From Lytechinus pictus (lineage: Eukaryota), in contig NC_087252.1 of the NCBI RefSeq assembly GCF_037042905.1, forward strand, positions 22,074,001 through 22,138,000: a stretch of 64,000 nt of DNA, read 5' to 3'. The notes below the pieces were generated by a model. The model was not told the DNA's origin and ran no database searches. It saw only the letters and a program-made list of their open reading frames with translations. The position numbers and the translations under genes were made by a program. Positions 35,619 through 45,010 of the stretch are shown piece after piece (position 1 is the stretch's first letter; every line of letters starts with the position of its first letter).

Positions 35619-37270
35619 TAGGACTACTACTACAGCTACTATTACTACTACTACCACTACTTCTACTACGACTACTACTACTAATACTACTATAAATACT
35701 AAGTACTTCTAAGTACTACTATAGTACAAATGATAAGGATACAGTGTCAGATTGCCTTTGACCTTGTGAACTTTCTGAGCAGAATGGACATGCTCTAGAA
35801 CATACTTCCATACTGGGAGAAGATTACCACGGCAGACTCTAAAGAAGAGAAACACCACAAATGGTTAAAAGAAAAGTTGCAATTTTGTGTGATATGTGAA
35901 AACAAAACCACTTCCGCAAAAGTCAAAATCATATCAATGAAGCAGGTACATGTATGTTTAAATGGAAAATCTGCCAACATTTGCCAAGCTTCATCTGCAT
36001 ACGACAGTGCTTGTTATTCAAATAGAAGGTTTACACTATTTCTACGAATGATATCATCAAAAATTGCGAAATTTCTGTATCAGAAGTTGCATGTTATCAA
36101 AGAAAACAAGATTTGATGTTTAGAATAGTGAAGACCACAGAATAAGAATTACACCCCACATACTTCTGTGTGGGCTGTAGCTAAGATTCTGGAATCGCCA
36201 GAATGATCAGATATTCACACATTGTTAGACCACTACAGGACTCATACTTAAAGCATATGGATAAATGAAGAGCAAGAAGAAGAATGATAAATATAAAGGA
36301 GGAATATGAAGATGAGGGGAGAAAGAAAAATGGGAAGAATTGGAACCTGCTCTCTCAAGAGTAGCAGCTGCAGGTGCATAAATGATAGTTACATGCAGAA
36401 TACAGATAAACCAAACTATTATTTAATTCCTGAGATGTATAAGAGCAAGAAGGAGAAAAAGAAAGAAAAATCTCAAGATGAAAAGGAGACCAAGAAAAAA
36501 ATCAAGACTTACTTTCTGAAGAGCACATTAGTTACATGATGGATGAAAAGCAAGAAAGGGAAAAGTGAAGGAGATCTGAGGAGGAAAGGAAGGGAACATG
36601 GAAAGAAGGAGAGAAAGAGAGTGAAGTGGTTTCATAGAACACCATGTATTCTTTTCGTGTTCATGGTGTACCTTGGACAGTAGACTCGAGGCGCTGGTCA
36701 GAAAATTGGACTGTCTTTGTTTTCAAAGATGTCTCCACGCAAGAAATCTAGGAAAGTTTATTCACCTGTCAAGTGCTGACACCAATCAAGTGCGCTAGTC
36801 ATAAAACATATCAGGTTTCATAACAACATTATTGGAAAACAGCACATCGTGGAAAAATAGATGGTGAACTGGAGGGAATTAAGGTCATTGAATCTATTTT
36901 TAGCACTCTCAATCTCTGTAAATGCCTTCCATGTCCCGCAGGAGTCAGTGAAAAAAAAAATGTCCCCATAAACAAGAACAATCTCAATTTATCAAGAAAT
37001 GATTTGTCCTGGTTTAGAGGATATCCTTGTTTTCTGGAACAATCCCAATTTTTGGACCAGCGCCCCCACTGTTGAAACCACTACACTCTTTCTTCTTTGC
37101 CATGGTAACATTCAGAAGTTACAAGGGAGAAAAAGAATTAGAACTTACTCCCTGAAGTCTGCTGGTGAGGGCACTGGTGTGTTGACATACTTTCCTTGAG
37201 GAATGAAATGCATTTCTCTTGTAGCCCAGTGATGAAGCTTCTTAGCGACCTCGTCTCTCGTATTCGACAT
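10048..37270 (-). CDS. HAUS5: HAUS augmin-like complex subunit 5; 16 coding exons, 684 aa
   Basis: Exons joined with GT..AG ends and matching phases: 37270-37149, 35838-35743, 34488-34301, 28758-28599, 26415-26319, 24402-24317, 23937-23773, 22742-22661, 22377-22220, 21292-21130, 18952-18872, 16329-16184, 15610-15493, 15228-15087, 14603-14471, 10165-10048 (sum 2055 nt, no internal stop). The start is in a GCCACCATG context. Motifs match vertebrate HAUS5 as I recall it: LHHWATREM, VCRGNLLPVWKYVLEHVHSAQKVHKVKGNL, VRDAC, LSINRL, YKAPE, WWDQPAQHL..VEGQTMQQWLDKW. Confidence 0.92.
10495..10720 (-). mobile_element. tRNA-derived SINE, same family as 16863-17090
   Basis: B-box GTTCAAGCC and shared body CAGTGGCTGCCGGGCCCAC on the minus strand. 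Confidence 0.65.
11969..14021. mobile_element. Kolobok-like non-autonomous element
   Basis: TTAA-AGGTCAAGTCCACCCC ... GGGGTGGACTTATCCT-TTAA. Confidence 0.75.
12448..13895. mobile_element. nested TTAA-inserted TIR element (Kolobok-like)
   Basis: TIRs AGTTGAATTAAGAAG / CTTCTTAATTCAACT. It splits the host motif GTGAAATTAAGCGAAACTTT, which is intact at 56771. Confidence 0.75.
14213..14445. repeat. (CAT/CAC)n microsatellite
   Basis: Direct inspection. Confidence 0.9.
14471..14603 (-). CDS. HAUS5: HAUS5 coding exon 15 (GLCKDVESH...REHVTA)
   Basis: AACAG acceptor; GTGAGT donor; phase 1/2. Confidence 0.88.
15087..15228 (-). CDS. HAUS5: HAUS5 coding exon 14 (APECLFPYL...IIKHIQ)
   Basis: TTCAG acceptor; GTCAGA donor; phase 0/1. 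Confidence 0.86.
15493..15610 (-). CDS. HAUS5: HAUS5 coding exon 13 (GEDVPVCQLSINRL...LKYPMYK)
   Basis: TAG acceptor; GTCAGT donor; phase 2/0. Confidence 0.88.
16184..16329 (-). CDS. HAUS5: HAUS5 coding exon 12 (LGRYIEQKL...REVDLFASLPIHLLQITALE)
   Basis: TAG acceptor; GTCAGT donor; phase 0/2. Confidence 0.87.
16355..16555. repeat. (GGA/GAA)n purine tract
   Basis: Direct inspection; reads as a long pyrimidine tract upstream of the exon 12 acceptor. Confidence 0.85.
16684..16775 (+). mobile_element. 92-bp insert (Penelope-like pLTR fragment) containing a minimal hammerhead ribozyme motif
   Basis: 10-bp direct repeat ATAAAGTAAA at 16674-16683 and 16776-16785. Motif GCCT-CCGACGA-A-GATTCT-GCT-AGGATC-GAA-AGCT-T-AGGC at 16723-16761. 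Confidence 0.6.
16863..17090 (+). mobile_element. tRNA-derived SINE
   Basis: Head TGGTTCAGTTGGTAGAGCG; three copies in the window. Confidence 0.7.
17650..18388. mobile_element. P-element-like non-autonomous element, 7-bp TSD GTCTACA
   Basis: TIRs CATGGACCTATGAAGAGATGGAC / GTCCATCTTTTCATAGGTCCATG; TSD at 17643-17649 and 18389-18395. Confidence 0.8.
18872..18952 (-). CDS. HAUS5: HAUS5 coding exon 11 (DQKQNLIQVLVRQNMDGRKKLEDKQKE)
   Basis: TTGCAG acceptor; GTATGT donor; phase 0/0. Confidence 0.88.
19245..19649. mobile_element. foldback (largely palindromic) MITE
   Basis: The two halves are imperfect reverse complements, e.g. TTTGGTAGAGCATGATGAAAA / TTTTCATCATGCTCTACCAAA. Confidence 0.7.
19661..20582. 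mobile_element. Tc1/mariner-like non-autonomous element
   Basis: TIRs CACTGGGTGATTTCAAGT.CGGTGTTG / CAACACCG.ACTTGAAATCACCCACTG. Confidence 0.7.
20732..21040. mobile_element. Harbinger-like MITE (3-bp direct repeat TAT)
   Basis: TIRs GGCCCGTATTCTGAAGTC / GACTTCAGAATACGGACC; second copy in opposite orientation at 58283-58592. Confidence 0.75.
21130..21292 (-). CDS. HAUS5: HAUS5 coding exon 10 (KLFSMELEAS...KHQKIQDFKGLS)
   Basis: TAG acceptor; GTAAGT donor; phase 2/0. Confidence 0.88.
21415..22178. mobile_element. piggyBac-like non-autonomous element
   Basis: TTAA-CCCT ... AGGG-TTAA; relatives at 27760-28533, 45474-46118 and ~4500-5220. Confidence 0.85.
22220..22377 (-). CDS. HAUS5: HAUS5 coding exon 9 (EKQASHIHTF...GALELA)
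   Basis: TTTCAG acceptor; GTAACT donor; phase 0/2. Confidence 0.88.
22425..22645. repeat. (CAT)n/(CCT)n compound microsatellite filling most of HAUS5 coding intron 8
   Basis: Direct inspection. Confidence 0.9.
22661..22742 (-). CDS. HAUS5: HAUS5 coding exon 8 (FRYESGALYQDTSTGPSQLQSVHQMIE)
   Basis: CAG acceptor; GTAAGG donor; phase 2/0. Confidence 0.87.
23170..23450 (-). mobile_element. tRNA-derived SINE
   Basis: Minus strand TGGCCCAGTGG (A box) and GGTTCGAATCCC (B box), followed by non-tRNA body. Confidence 0.7.
23773..23937 (-). CDS. HAUS5: HAUS5 coding exon 7 (QSTKDKIWTEIEKV...KDAEEL)
   Basis: AAG acceptor; GTATGT donor; phase 2/2. Confidence 0.87.
24317..24402 (-). CDS. HAUS5: HAUS5 coding exon 6 (KTVRDACSEITVFLREMLQGKYSNNQQS)
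   Basis: TAG acceptor; GTAAGT donor; phase 0/2. Confidence 0.87.
24930..25386. mobile_element. Sola-like MITE, 4-bp TSD ATAT
   Basis: ATAT-GGGCAATTCCA ... TGGAATAGCCC-ATAT. Confidence 0.75.
25687..26198. mobile_element. Harbinger-like MITE, CTG TSD
   Basis: CTG-GGCCCTGTGACACAAAGGTTAGC ... GCTAACTTTTGTGTGACGAGGCC-CTG. Confidence 0.7.
26319..26415 (-). CDS. HAUS5: HAUS5 coding exon 5 (NEGSRSDQ...PTLETACT)
   Basis: TACAG acceptor; GTAAGT donor; phase 2/0. Confidence 0.8.
26431..26812. repeat. 100-bp tandem repeat, ~3.8 copies
   Basis: GCTTTTCTTATCAATCTCAAGTATGG at 26431, 26531, 26631 and 26731. Confidence 0.95.
26941..27335. mobile_element. TTAA-flanked Kolobok-like MITE
   Basis: TTAA-AGGTAAATGCTAGT ... 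ACTGGAATTTCTCT-TTAA. Confidence 0.6.
27760..28533. mobile_element. piggyBac-like non-autonomous element
   Basis: TTAA-CCCT ... AGGG-TTAA; reverse-oriented relative of 21415-22178. Confidence 0.85.
28599..28758 (-). CDS. HAUS5: HAUS5 coding exon 4 (EEQYQQSCDKVSSIQHKRALL...FKPSG)
   Basis: AG/GT ends; phase 1/2. Confidence 0.88.
29052..29796. mobile_element. Sola-like MITE, 4-bp TSD TAAA
   Basis: TAAA-GGGCAGTTTCC ... GGAATTGCCC-TAAA. Confidence 0.65.
30063..30330 (+). mobile_element. tRNA-derived SINE
   Basis: Head GGTCCAGTGGTTAGAGC...GTTTGAATCCC. Confidence 0.6.
30474..31182. mobile_element. Harbinger-like MITE
   Basis: AGGCCTGGTCCCACTG / CAGGGGAACCTGGCCT; flanks TAA and TTA; internal CGGATG repeats. 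Confidence 0.6.
31217..34214 (-). mobile_element. ~3 kb DNA transposon relic with long imperfect TIRs and degenerate transposase (hAT-like, possibly hATw)
   Basis: Termini TAGAGGTGGGCTATAGAGGG / CCCTCTATAGCCCACCTCTA; TIR similarity extends ~250 bp. Direct repeat GTATAAG at 31210-31216 and 34215-34221. Broken minus-strand ORFs at 32273-33200. Confidence 0.8.
32273..33200 (-). pseudogene. transposase fragments with stops and frameshifts
   Basis: Fragments KVLAWFTYCIILPFLNMVE..., EDLTNLPSNNLQCEQDLSNF, KWGGQLRNVDEL...LYKVNQL...NLTLLL lie inside the TIR element. Confidence 0.65.
34301..34488 (-). CDS. HAUS5: HAUS5 coding exon 3 (KSLHSKSS...LEKQIVSA)
   Basis: Acceptor CCCAG after CCCCTTGAC; donor GTAGGT; coiled-coil-like; lies in ORF 34293..34502. 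Confidence 0.88.
34489..35742 (-). other. U12-type (minor spliceosome) GT-AG intron
   Basis: 5' splice site GTATCCTTA; branch-site-like CCCCTTGAC at 34514-34506, 18 nt from the 3' end; no polypyrimidine tract; reading frame preserved. Confidence 0.85.
35290..35720. repeat. (TAC)n microsatellite inside the U12 intron
   Basis: Direct inspection. Confidence 0.95.
35743..35838 (-). CDS. HAUS5: HAUS5 coding exon 2 (EVCRGNLLPVWKYVLEHVHSAQKVHKVKGNLTL)
   Basis: Acceptor TTCTTTAG; donor GTATCCTT (U12-type); phase 2/2. Confidence 0.92.
37149..37270 (-). CDS. HAUS5: HAUS5 coding exon 1 (MSNTRDEVAKKLHHWATREMHFIPQGKYVNTPVPSPADFR)
   Basis: Kozak GCCACCATG; donor GTAAGT. Upstream acceptor TTTTATTAG puts the exon 5' boundary at 37300, implying a further 5'-UTR exon. 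Confidence 0.9.
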
Positions 37271-37961
37271 GGTGGCCAGTCGTGACGAAAATGTCTTCCC
37301 CTAATAAAAGCACTAAAGTGTAGCCAATATGTTGGGTACAGGAACTGAGGAATCCTCGTGATATGAACTGATAAGGGGGTCCACAGTGATACTGAGCTTG
37401 TTGACTATAGTTCCATTGAGGTGAGTTTGGGTCCCAGAAATAAAGATCTACATAAAAATAATCAGGCAGGTTTCATGAGTGAAGCCGGAGGTGAGTACAT
37501 GAACAACATTGTTTTTTTTTCTTTTCTTCAGGATACCTGTAGGCTACATATGAAACTCTTTCAATGATTTCTTTTGATTTGTTGGCCATTATCATGAAGC
37601 TGGGAACCATTGTTCACTTCGTACAACAGACGAACAGTGCAGTCACATGCACTGCCATTGCCCGGCACCATTCTAGCACTTGTTCACTGCAACCCCCCTG
37701 CCTGTGGGGAATCTACTTTGTAGATATATGCAGTATACAACACACATTTCAAGAATTCATTACAATATCACTTTTGTAACCAAAAATACTCATTCCATAC
37801 AGTTGCAATTCATTTTTCATTAGTAACTTGGGGATCATTTTTGTATTCGTCAGAGCGCTCAAAAACTTGAATTTTTGGCATATTTTAGTGTAGGCCCTAT
37901 TTTGGTGAAAAGGAAAATCGCAAGAAAATTGTCATTGTTCAATCTCTATATTCCATTTAGT

Positions 37962-38059
37962 ATAATTTGCTGCTGATTTCAAAACATCGCTTGCGCATGC
38001 GCGAGGTTCTGAGCTCGGACCCTCGCGCATGCGATGTTTTGAAATCGGCAGCGAATTAT
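37962..38059. repeat. ~98-bp near-perfect palindrome (small foldback MITE)
   Basis: ATAATTTGCTGCTGATTTCAAAACATCGC...GCGATGTTTTGAAATCGGCAGCGAATTAT. Confidence 0.8.
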
Positions 38060-38393
38060 TTATACGTGTGAGGAACTTGATGTTGGCTCTAAATCACCAA
38101 TTTTGAGGATAACCGGAGGATGGATATGGAGTGAAATTAGGATGAAGAGTAAGAAATCAAGCTTCTTATTCTTTTCAAGCTAGTTTCGGTGTAGGATTTT
38201 TACAATAAATATGCATTTTTTCCCACCTTTGCCACTCGGAGTATCAGAGCAAGTTTTGGACCTTGATGTTCGGGTAGGTGGAGCGTAGTGTACATAGCGG
38301 TAGTGAAGTGGAGTGGAGCCTTCATGAACATCACTTGAGGTAGCCCCTATATATGCTCAACTTACTGTGACATGTATACCCCACCTTCCCCTA

Positions 38394-39179
38394 ACGTCCA
38401 TGCGCAGTGAGTCGCTATCGGTGGTCTTCAACCTTCAATTTTGCAAAAAAAATAAAAATTCTTACCCAAATCTTTGTATGAGGTGAAAGTATCCACAAAT
38501 CCTTTCTAATATATGAAAAACTTTTCTCTTGAAATTGCTACATTTTTAAGTAAGAACGTCATGAATTACACACTTCCGGAACGGCGACACAAAGATAGGT
38601 AAATTTTGAGTCGCCGATTCGAAAAATCCAATTTACTTACTACACAGACATATCGCGCATGTGCACACACACACACCGATAGTACACAAAAGTGCATTGA
38701 CTCCGTGGGTTGAGATATACGTTGAGACGCTACCCCCTCTTATTTTGATAACAATTGTCACCCCCACTTTCAAAATGAAATGATCGTGAGCATTTTTTTA
38801 TAATCTATATTTTGATACCAAATACTGGTAACTTGAGCGGGCAGCTTTGGAAACATTGATTGCTTAGTATGGGTGTCTCAAATCGTCCCCCGAGAAAAAT
38901 TGGCAGCTAAAATTCGCACTGTACGGACCAAGTTTGCAAATCTGACTTTGACTGCACTAAACTCCTTTTTCTTTTGCTAGATCTTTTAACCAAACATTGC
39001 AGTATTTCAGGGAATTACTGACATGACTGAGGTCTTGTGAGGATTAATATCAGAATCAGATGCCACAAGACACTTTTCAACAATGTAAAAGATTTCTAGA
39101 ACCATTTTGGTCAGGCAGTAACAGGCAAGTGGCGCAACAGTAAAAAAATTGCACATGGCGACTCACTGCGCATGGACGT
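38394..39179. mobile_element. TA-flanked MITE
   Basis: TA-ACGTCCATGCGCAGTGAGTCGC ... GCGACTCACTGCGCATGGACGT-TA. Confidence 0.8.
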
Positions 39180-40419
39180 TACTCACTGTCACTGTCAGTG
39201 TCATGACTGTCTTGTCTGAACTCTTCCCGTCAATTTATTTACATGTATGTCAAAGCCTAAACCATGGAGCTATTAAGAGAAGGAGAACCATCTTCCAAAT
39301 CCTCTGTTAATCATTTGTTATCGCTTCCTTCGGGCGAAGGAATGATATCTAACATCAATAGGCGAGCCGCCAGGCGAAAGTTAGAGCCCGCTTACATAAC
39401 GCGATAAGCCCCTCGTAAAATCTGAGGTCAGAGATTTTTTGAAGGACCCTGCGAGGCACCGCCGTAAATGACGTTCTCCCACATAACTTCTCTGCGAGCT
39501 CAGTTTATTTTCAAAATTGAAACACGACTTGCTGTTCTTTTAACATCCATTTCTCTTCGTACGGATTCCTGATGTACGTCTTTTATGTATGGTTGAACTT
39601 CTGAGATGATCCTCTTTGCATACATACCAAATACGTCACAATCTGATTTGACTCAACAAAATTACAAACGGAGGAAAATGGAGATTTGTCATTTTAGGTA
39701 TGTCTGTCTTTCTAACGTAGTTAAATCTTTCCCTACTCGTACATGATTTAGAAATTATAATAAGGTGAAAAAGCATACTTTGAGCTTTATTTTTATGCAA
39801 AAATCACTTGCGTGTTTACAATGGTCTTGATAATATAATGACGAATCTGCGGTGCCCCACGTACCGTACTCCTATTTGTGTAAGTTGAAAGTGAGTGTAA
39901 TGAATGACGGGAGCTCCGTGCTCGCTCAGCTCTTGTCTCTGGATCGTTCTTGGAAAATAGCAGGGGCCGCGGAGCGAATAAATTTAATTTACAAACCAGT
40001 AAAAAGGAGAACAAAGTACAAAAAATTGTTATTGTACATAATAAAGAACTTAAAAATAACATGTTTGGGACCACAAAGAAGTATACCCAGTTCTGTGTCA
40101 GGACGATTCATTTTAAGTTACAAAGTCATTTGGAAAAATTTACAAGCGAAGTTTTACAATTTTTAGTACAAAAAATAATTATGATTTAAAAAATATTATA
40201 GAGAACAAAATAAAAGATGATTACAACTATTGAATTCGTATTTTTAGTTTAATCTAAAGAAAAAAAAAGAAGGCTTCCAAAATATAAAGTGTCCGGACAC
40301 CCGACCCCCCCCCCCTCATTTCTAAAACATTCTATTTCTATTCTAAATATATTTAGAAACACGAAATATCATTATGATTTTTGTTAGATTATGGGATTTT
40401 TTGTTTGTTTTAAGATTGT

Positions 40420-41170
40420 ACTTTTTTTCTTTCTTTCTTTCATATCCTTTTTTCTTCATCATTCTATCCTTCCTCTTTGCCCCTTTTTTTATTCCATCTA
40501 TCTTTATTCCCTATCTTTCTTTCCTGATCTTATCTCTCTGTTCATTTGTCTTTCTTTCCTTCTTTGTCTTACTCTCCTTCCTTTTTTAAATTTCCTTTTT
40601 TCCCTTCATTTCTTCTTTCCTTAAACTTTTCTCTGCTTCCTTCTCCCTTATCTTTTCGTTCTTTCTCTTCTTCCATTATTTTCTCTATATTTATTCTCTC
40701 CTCCCTTTATTTTTTCCTCCCTCTCTTTCATCCTTTCTTTTATTCTGTATTATATTTTTTCCTTCTGCTTTGTGTTCTTTTTTCTTTCTTTCTTTCCCTC
40801 CCTCCTTTCCTTCCTGTTTTTCTTCTTTATTTCTTTCTTTCAAAGAATGAAGGAAACATTTTTCTTTTATTCGTTCTTTCTTTCCTCCTCCTTTTTTCTT
40901 GCTTCTTTTTTTCTTTTCTCTCCCTTATGTTTTCTTTCACACATCTTCCCTTCCTTCTTTTCTTTTTCTTTCCTTCTTAATTCATTTCAAATAATGACGG
41001 AAACTTTTTTTTTTTTAATTCTATCTTTCATCATTTTATTCTAACATTCCTTTTTTTTAAATATATTTTCCTTCATTTTCCCCTTAATTTTTTATTTCTT
41101 TCCGTTCTCAATTCAACTCTTTTCTTTCGCCTTTTCATTCCCTCCTTCATTCTTTCGTTCACCCCCCCCT
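40420..41170. repeat. CT-rich low-complexity tract
   Basis: Direct inspection; source of the Phe/Leu/Ser ORFs. Confidence 0.9.
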
Positions 41171-42079
41171 TCCAATTCTGTACATTTTTTCCTAAGTCGA
41201 ACACCGTGTAGCCTTCTTTGTTGATCTTTTTTTAAGACCTGGCTCGGTCGATCCGCTCATGCAGCGTACTTTGTCGATTGTCCCGTATTTCTTTTTGTGA
41301 AATCTGGTCACCCTGCATTCAGCTGGTTCCAAAACCAGATTTTCGTCTTCGAAATCGTGAGCCGCCAAGTTTGCATAAAATTTGTGAAGCCGATCGCGAT
41401 GTGAAATGCATTAGGCCTAGGCCTATGGGTGAAAACGCTACTGCGCAAGCGCAAACCCGAGCTGTTGACCGCGTCGATCAACTTTCCTTATATCTGATTT
41501 ACGAGCGGCCTGTGTAATGCGCCGTGAGGGACCCTGGCCCTGCTGAGAGGGGATTAGCGGTGCCGCGCTTTGAGTTTGAGTCAGATCTCCTTCTGAAGTT
41601 CTGATAGGTCGCTTTTAATATTTTAACATCGCTTTTAAGGATATTGGCGAGGAGTTTATTTTCAGATAATGACCGTGACGCGAAGTATGGACAAAGGCGA
41701 AGTTTGGACTCACTGCCATGCACAAAATGGCCTAGGCTATAGCTATGTATAGGCCTACATCATAATTACATGCACTACTGACAGTACAACGGTACCGTAC
41801 ATGAACATCAGTACATGGGACAACGAATCAACAAATTTATGACCGAGATTATTAAACCAACATTAATGCAATGATCGACTTAAATTACAAATTCTTAATT
41901 CGACTGTATTTCATAAATTCCTGAAGCAAAAAAATAGACTGGTATTTCAATGTAAAAATCTCCAAAACAAAGTACCCGGTAGTACAAACTTTTAAAATGT
42001 GATTTTCTTACTGTTTTTCTGCAGCCAACTCGAAAATCCAAAACAAATTTCCCGCATATTAAACTTACGGTACCGTACC

Positions 42080-42405
42080 GGTAGATGGCGCTCGTAATTA
42101 ATAGTTTCACAGAGATACGATCTTACGTATACGTAAGCTCCCGAAGGGAGCTAGAGAGGGAACTCTTTTCGCGCGTTTTCATTTCCCATAGGTTTTGTAC
42201 ACAGCCAACATGGCTGCCGGTGGACAATTTGAAGGTTGATTTTGGAAGGTCAATGTTTAATTCATGAGTAATGACGTCAAAATACGCATAATGCACTTGT
42301 ATGATTGGCTAAAGCGCTAATGTTTTATTCATATCGTCATGCATTCAACATTTTTTTCCGTCCCACAATTCCCTGCGATAGCTGTGCGAAGTGTCGTTCT
42401 TTTTG
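42080..42405 (+). promoter_or_regulatory. candidate housekeeping-type promoter
   Basis: YY1-like AGATGGCG (~42083) and AACATGGC (~42207); CRE TGACGTCA (42272); CCAAT box as ATTGG (42304); TCT motif (42397-42404). Confidence 0.45.
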
Positions 42406-43472
42406 ACTCTGCGAAATTCAACTTTCTGAAATACAATAGCAAGACTAATTTATCTGTTTATAGAATTATTATCCGGAATCATGATTTTCTGAGTGAAATT
42501 CAGCTGAGCAGAAAATATATGAGGGAACATCTACATCGAAATTATGGCATTCCATACAAATAAAAGTAAGTTAAGTTCAATTTCGTGCTTTGATCTCGGT
42601 TGTAATTGTAATGTGTTTGCCGCTGGGGTTCGGCGTTGCAGTCAGGGCCTTATGTACTTTGTGTAGTTTACTATAGGCCTATCCTAAACCACAATTTCCA
42701 TTTCTTTTTCCTGATCCCAAATAAATCGGAGATCAGGGGCCCGTTTCATAAAACTTTTGACTTGCAACTGTAACATCTCCCATATCTATGACAAATCTTG
42801 TTATTGCAATGGCAACTTGTCATAGTTGCAAATATCCGTTTCATAAAAGCAATAACAAATTGTTATCGTAAATAAAAATAAATAAATGAAAAATAGTTCG
42901 TGAACGAGCCTGATTTGCAGCTAACACTAACAGCCGGTTTTTTTCTTCACACACGTCGTCTGCGATAAAATTTTGATGGTGACAGAATTGAAGTAAAATT
43001 TGAATCGGAGATGTAAGTACTTTCTAATTATTGTATTTATTCAATTATTACATCATTTGATAAAGTAATAAATAAATCACTTCCGAAAGAATGACATTGA
43101 TAATACATATCATATTTCCATCGTTTTCTACGAGGTAAACATGCATTTTGACCGGGGATATCGTGGAGGCATCATCGAGATGCCGAGTGGTCGCTATCCC
43201 GGAGCTTCGGCGTAGTACACGGCAGTAGTGTTGGCGTGTGTGGGGTGGAGCTCGAATGAGCGGCGTTGCGACTTGAGTTGCATCTGTCTTTCTTTCTGAC
43301 TTTAGTCTTTAATTACCTAATTCAGTGCGATATGTGAACAGCTGTGTGAGAGTGAGCCTTTATTTTTTTGTGGCTTGGGTTGTTGTGGGCGACAAAAATA
43401 CAGTCAAGTCTCGAGGAGCATTGATGGGTGTTGATTGGTGTTCACGCTCATGTTTGGCCTCGGCTTTGGCAT

Positions 43473-43506
<34 letters not shown>

Positions 43507-45010
43507 GGGGGGGGGGGTGACTGTCACAAATATTGTACTCTGTAACTGTGAGGGATTGTTTTTCTTATAGTTTTCAGGGGGGGGGGGTGGGTGGGTGGCT
43601 TGCGAGTATAAACAGTTTGGTGGCCAGACAGTAATACAAAAAAAAGGCAAAAATTTTTTTTTTTTGAAAGCTGTGAGTCAGTTAGCAAAAATTTGGGCCT
43701 TTTTTAGAGGATCTAAGTACTTCTAGATCTAGACTCTATACAAAATCTGATTTTGTGATAGATTTCGAGTAACCCAGGCAACTGCGGCCCGCTGTACGGG
43801 CTGCAGCCCAGGAGCTGTCCGTGTATTACACGGACAGCTCCTGGGCTAGTTGGCAGACAAATGGGGTAGAATTGTGGTCACCATATCACCCCAAATTAAA
43901 GGGGGAAAATTATGCACTTGCCTCTATTGCATGGATGAAGATCTATCGAGACACAATACTATCATCGATGCATAAAGTGTAAGCTCAAAAAAGGCGAAAG
44001 TTATGTCGCTTTCGTTCTCCTGCTTTCAAAATTGAAAACAAAATGGCAGATCGATACCGGGGCTACTTTTGCTTTTTTGAGCTTACAGTTTATGCATCGA
44101 CGTTAGGAATGTGTCTCTCAATAGACCATTTTTTTTTTAAATTTAGACAATACAACACTTCTATGTGTGAATCATATCTAAATGCATAACTATTAGTGTT
44201 GTATCCTAGGCTGGGTCAGCCGAGACAGAGACCGCTAAAAAAATTTGCATGTTTTTTGTTGAATTCAATTGACCATTGACCCCCCCCCCCCCTCAAGAAA
44301 AAAAAATAAATGAATAAATGAATGTAAAAAATTGAAAATAAATAAATAGAATAAATTAAAAAAACAGGCAAAATATATATATATTACCGGTATATATAAT
44401 CTATAGAGAGGAGGGGGGGGGGTGGAATCAAGATCTAATAATAGTGTGTGCATTAGAAATTCACATTGCGTTGATGATGGACACAATTTATGTGCTGGAA
44501 ATGACTGCATTTGTCAGGCCTCGGAGCCGAGACATCAAGACAGAGCGACCGAGGCCGAGACATCAGGCTTCGAGGCCGAGGACGCAAATTCTGGTCCCGA
44601 GGCCGTCCTCGGTACACAACACTGATAGCTATAGAATCAGCATGCTCTCTATACCCTACAAGATTGATAACAAAGACATATGTGTTTCAACAAGAAATAA
44701 TTGGTCAACGTATATCTGAATGGGGTATTGTACAGTACTATTGATCAACCAATGATACGAGTTGTATTCTGAGATTTAAATCCATGTTTCTCTTTGACCA
44801 ATGTTGTCAAATAAAAACCTTGCTTTGAGCATAACATCCTCAAGGTGGTCTGAAATTCTAATAGAAGAAGGTACATGTACTCTTCTGTGGAAGTTCATTT
44901 TATGCTTTGACTGCTATATCTACAAGTTTTATTATCAATATACTAGTGTTCTGAAGTTGATGTGTTAATAATCAAATGTTTTAATGTTTATTCTACTTAA
45001 AACACAATAG

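Noticed and set aside
37491..37531. Plus-strand GTGAGT...TTTCTTCAG mini-intron (possible antisense transcript)
   Set aside because: Only ~41 nt, too short to be a likely intron, and no supporting exon chain
40374..41044. Phe/Leu/Ser 'membrane protein' ORFs
   Set aside because: CT-rich low-complexity DNA
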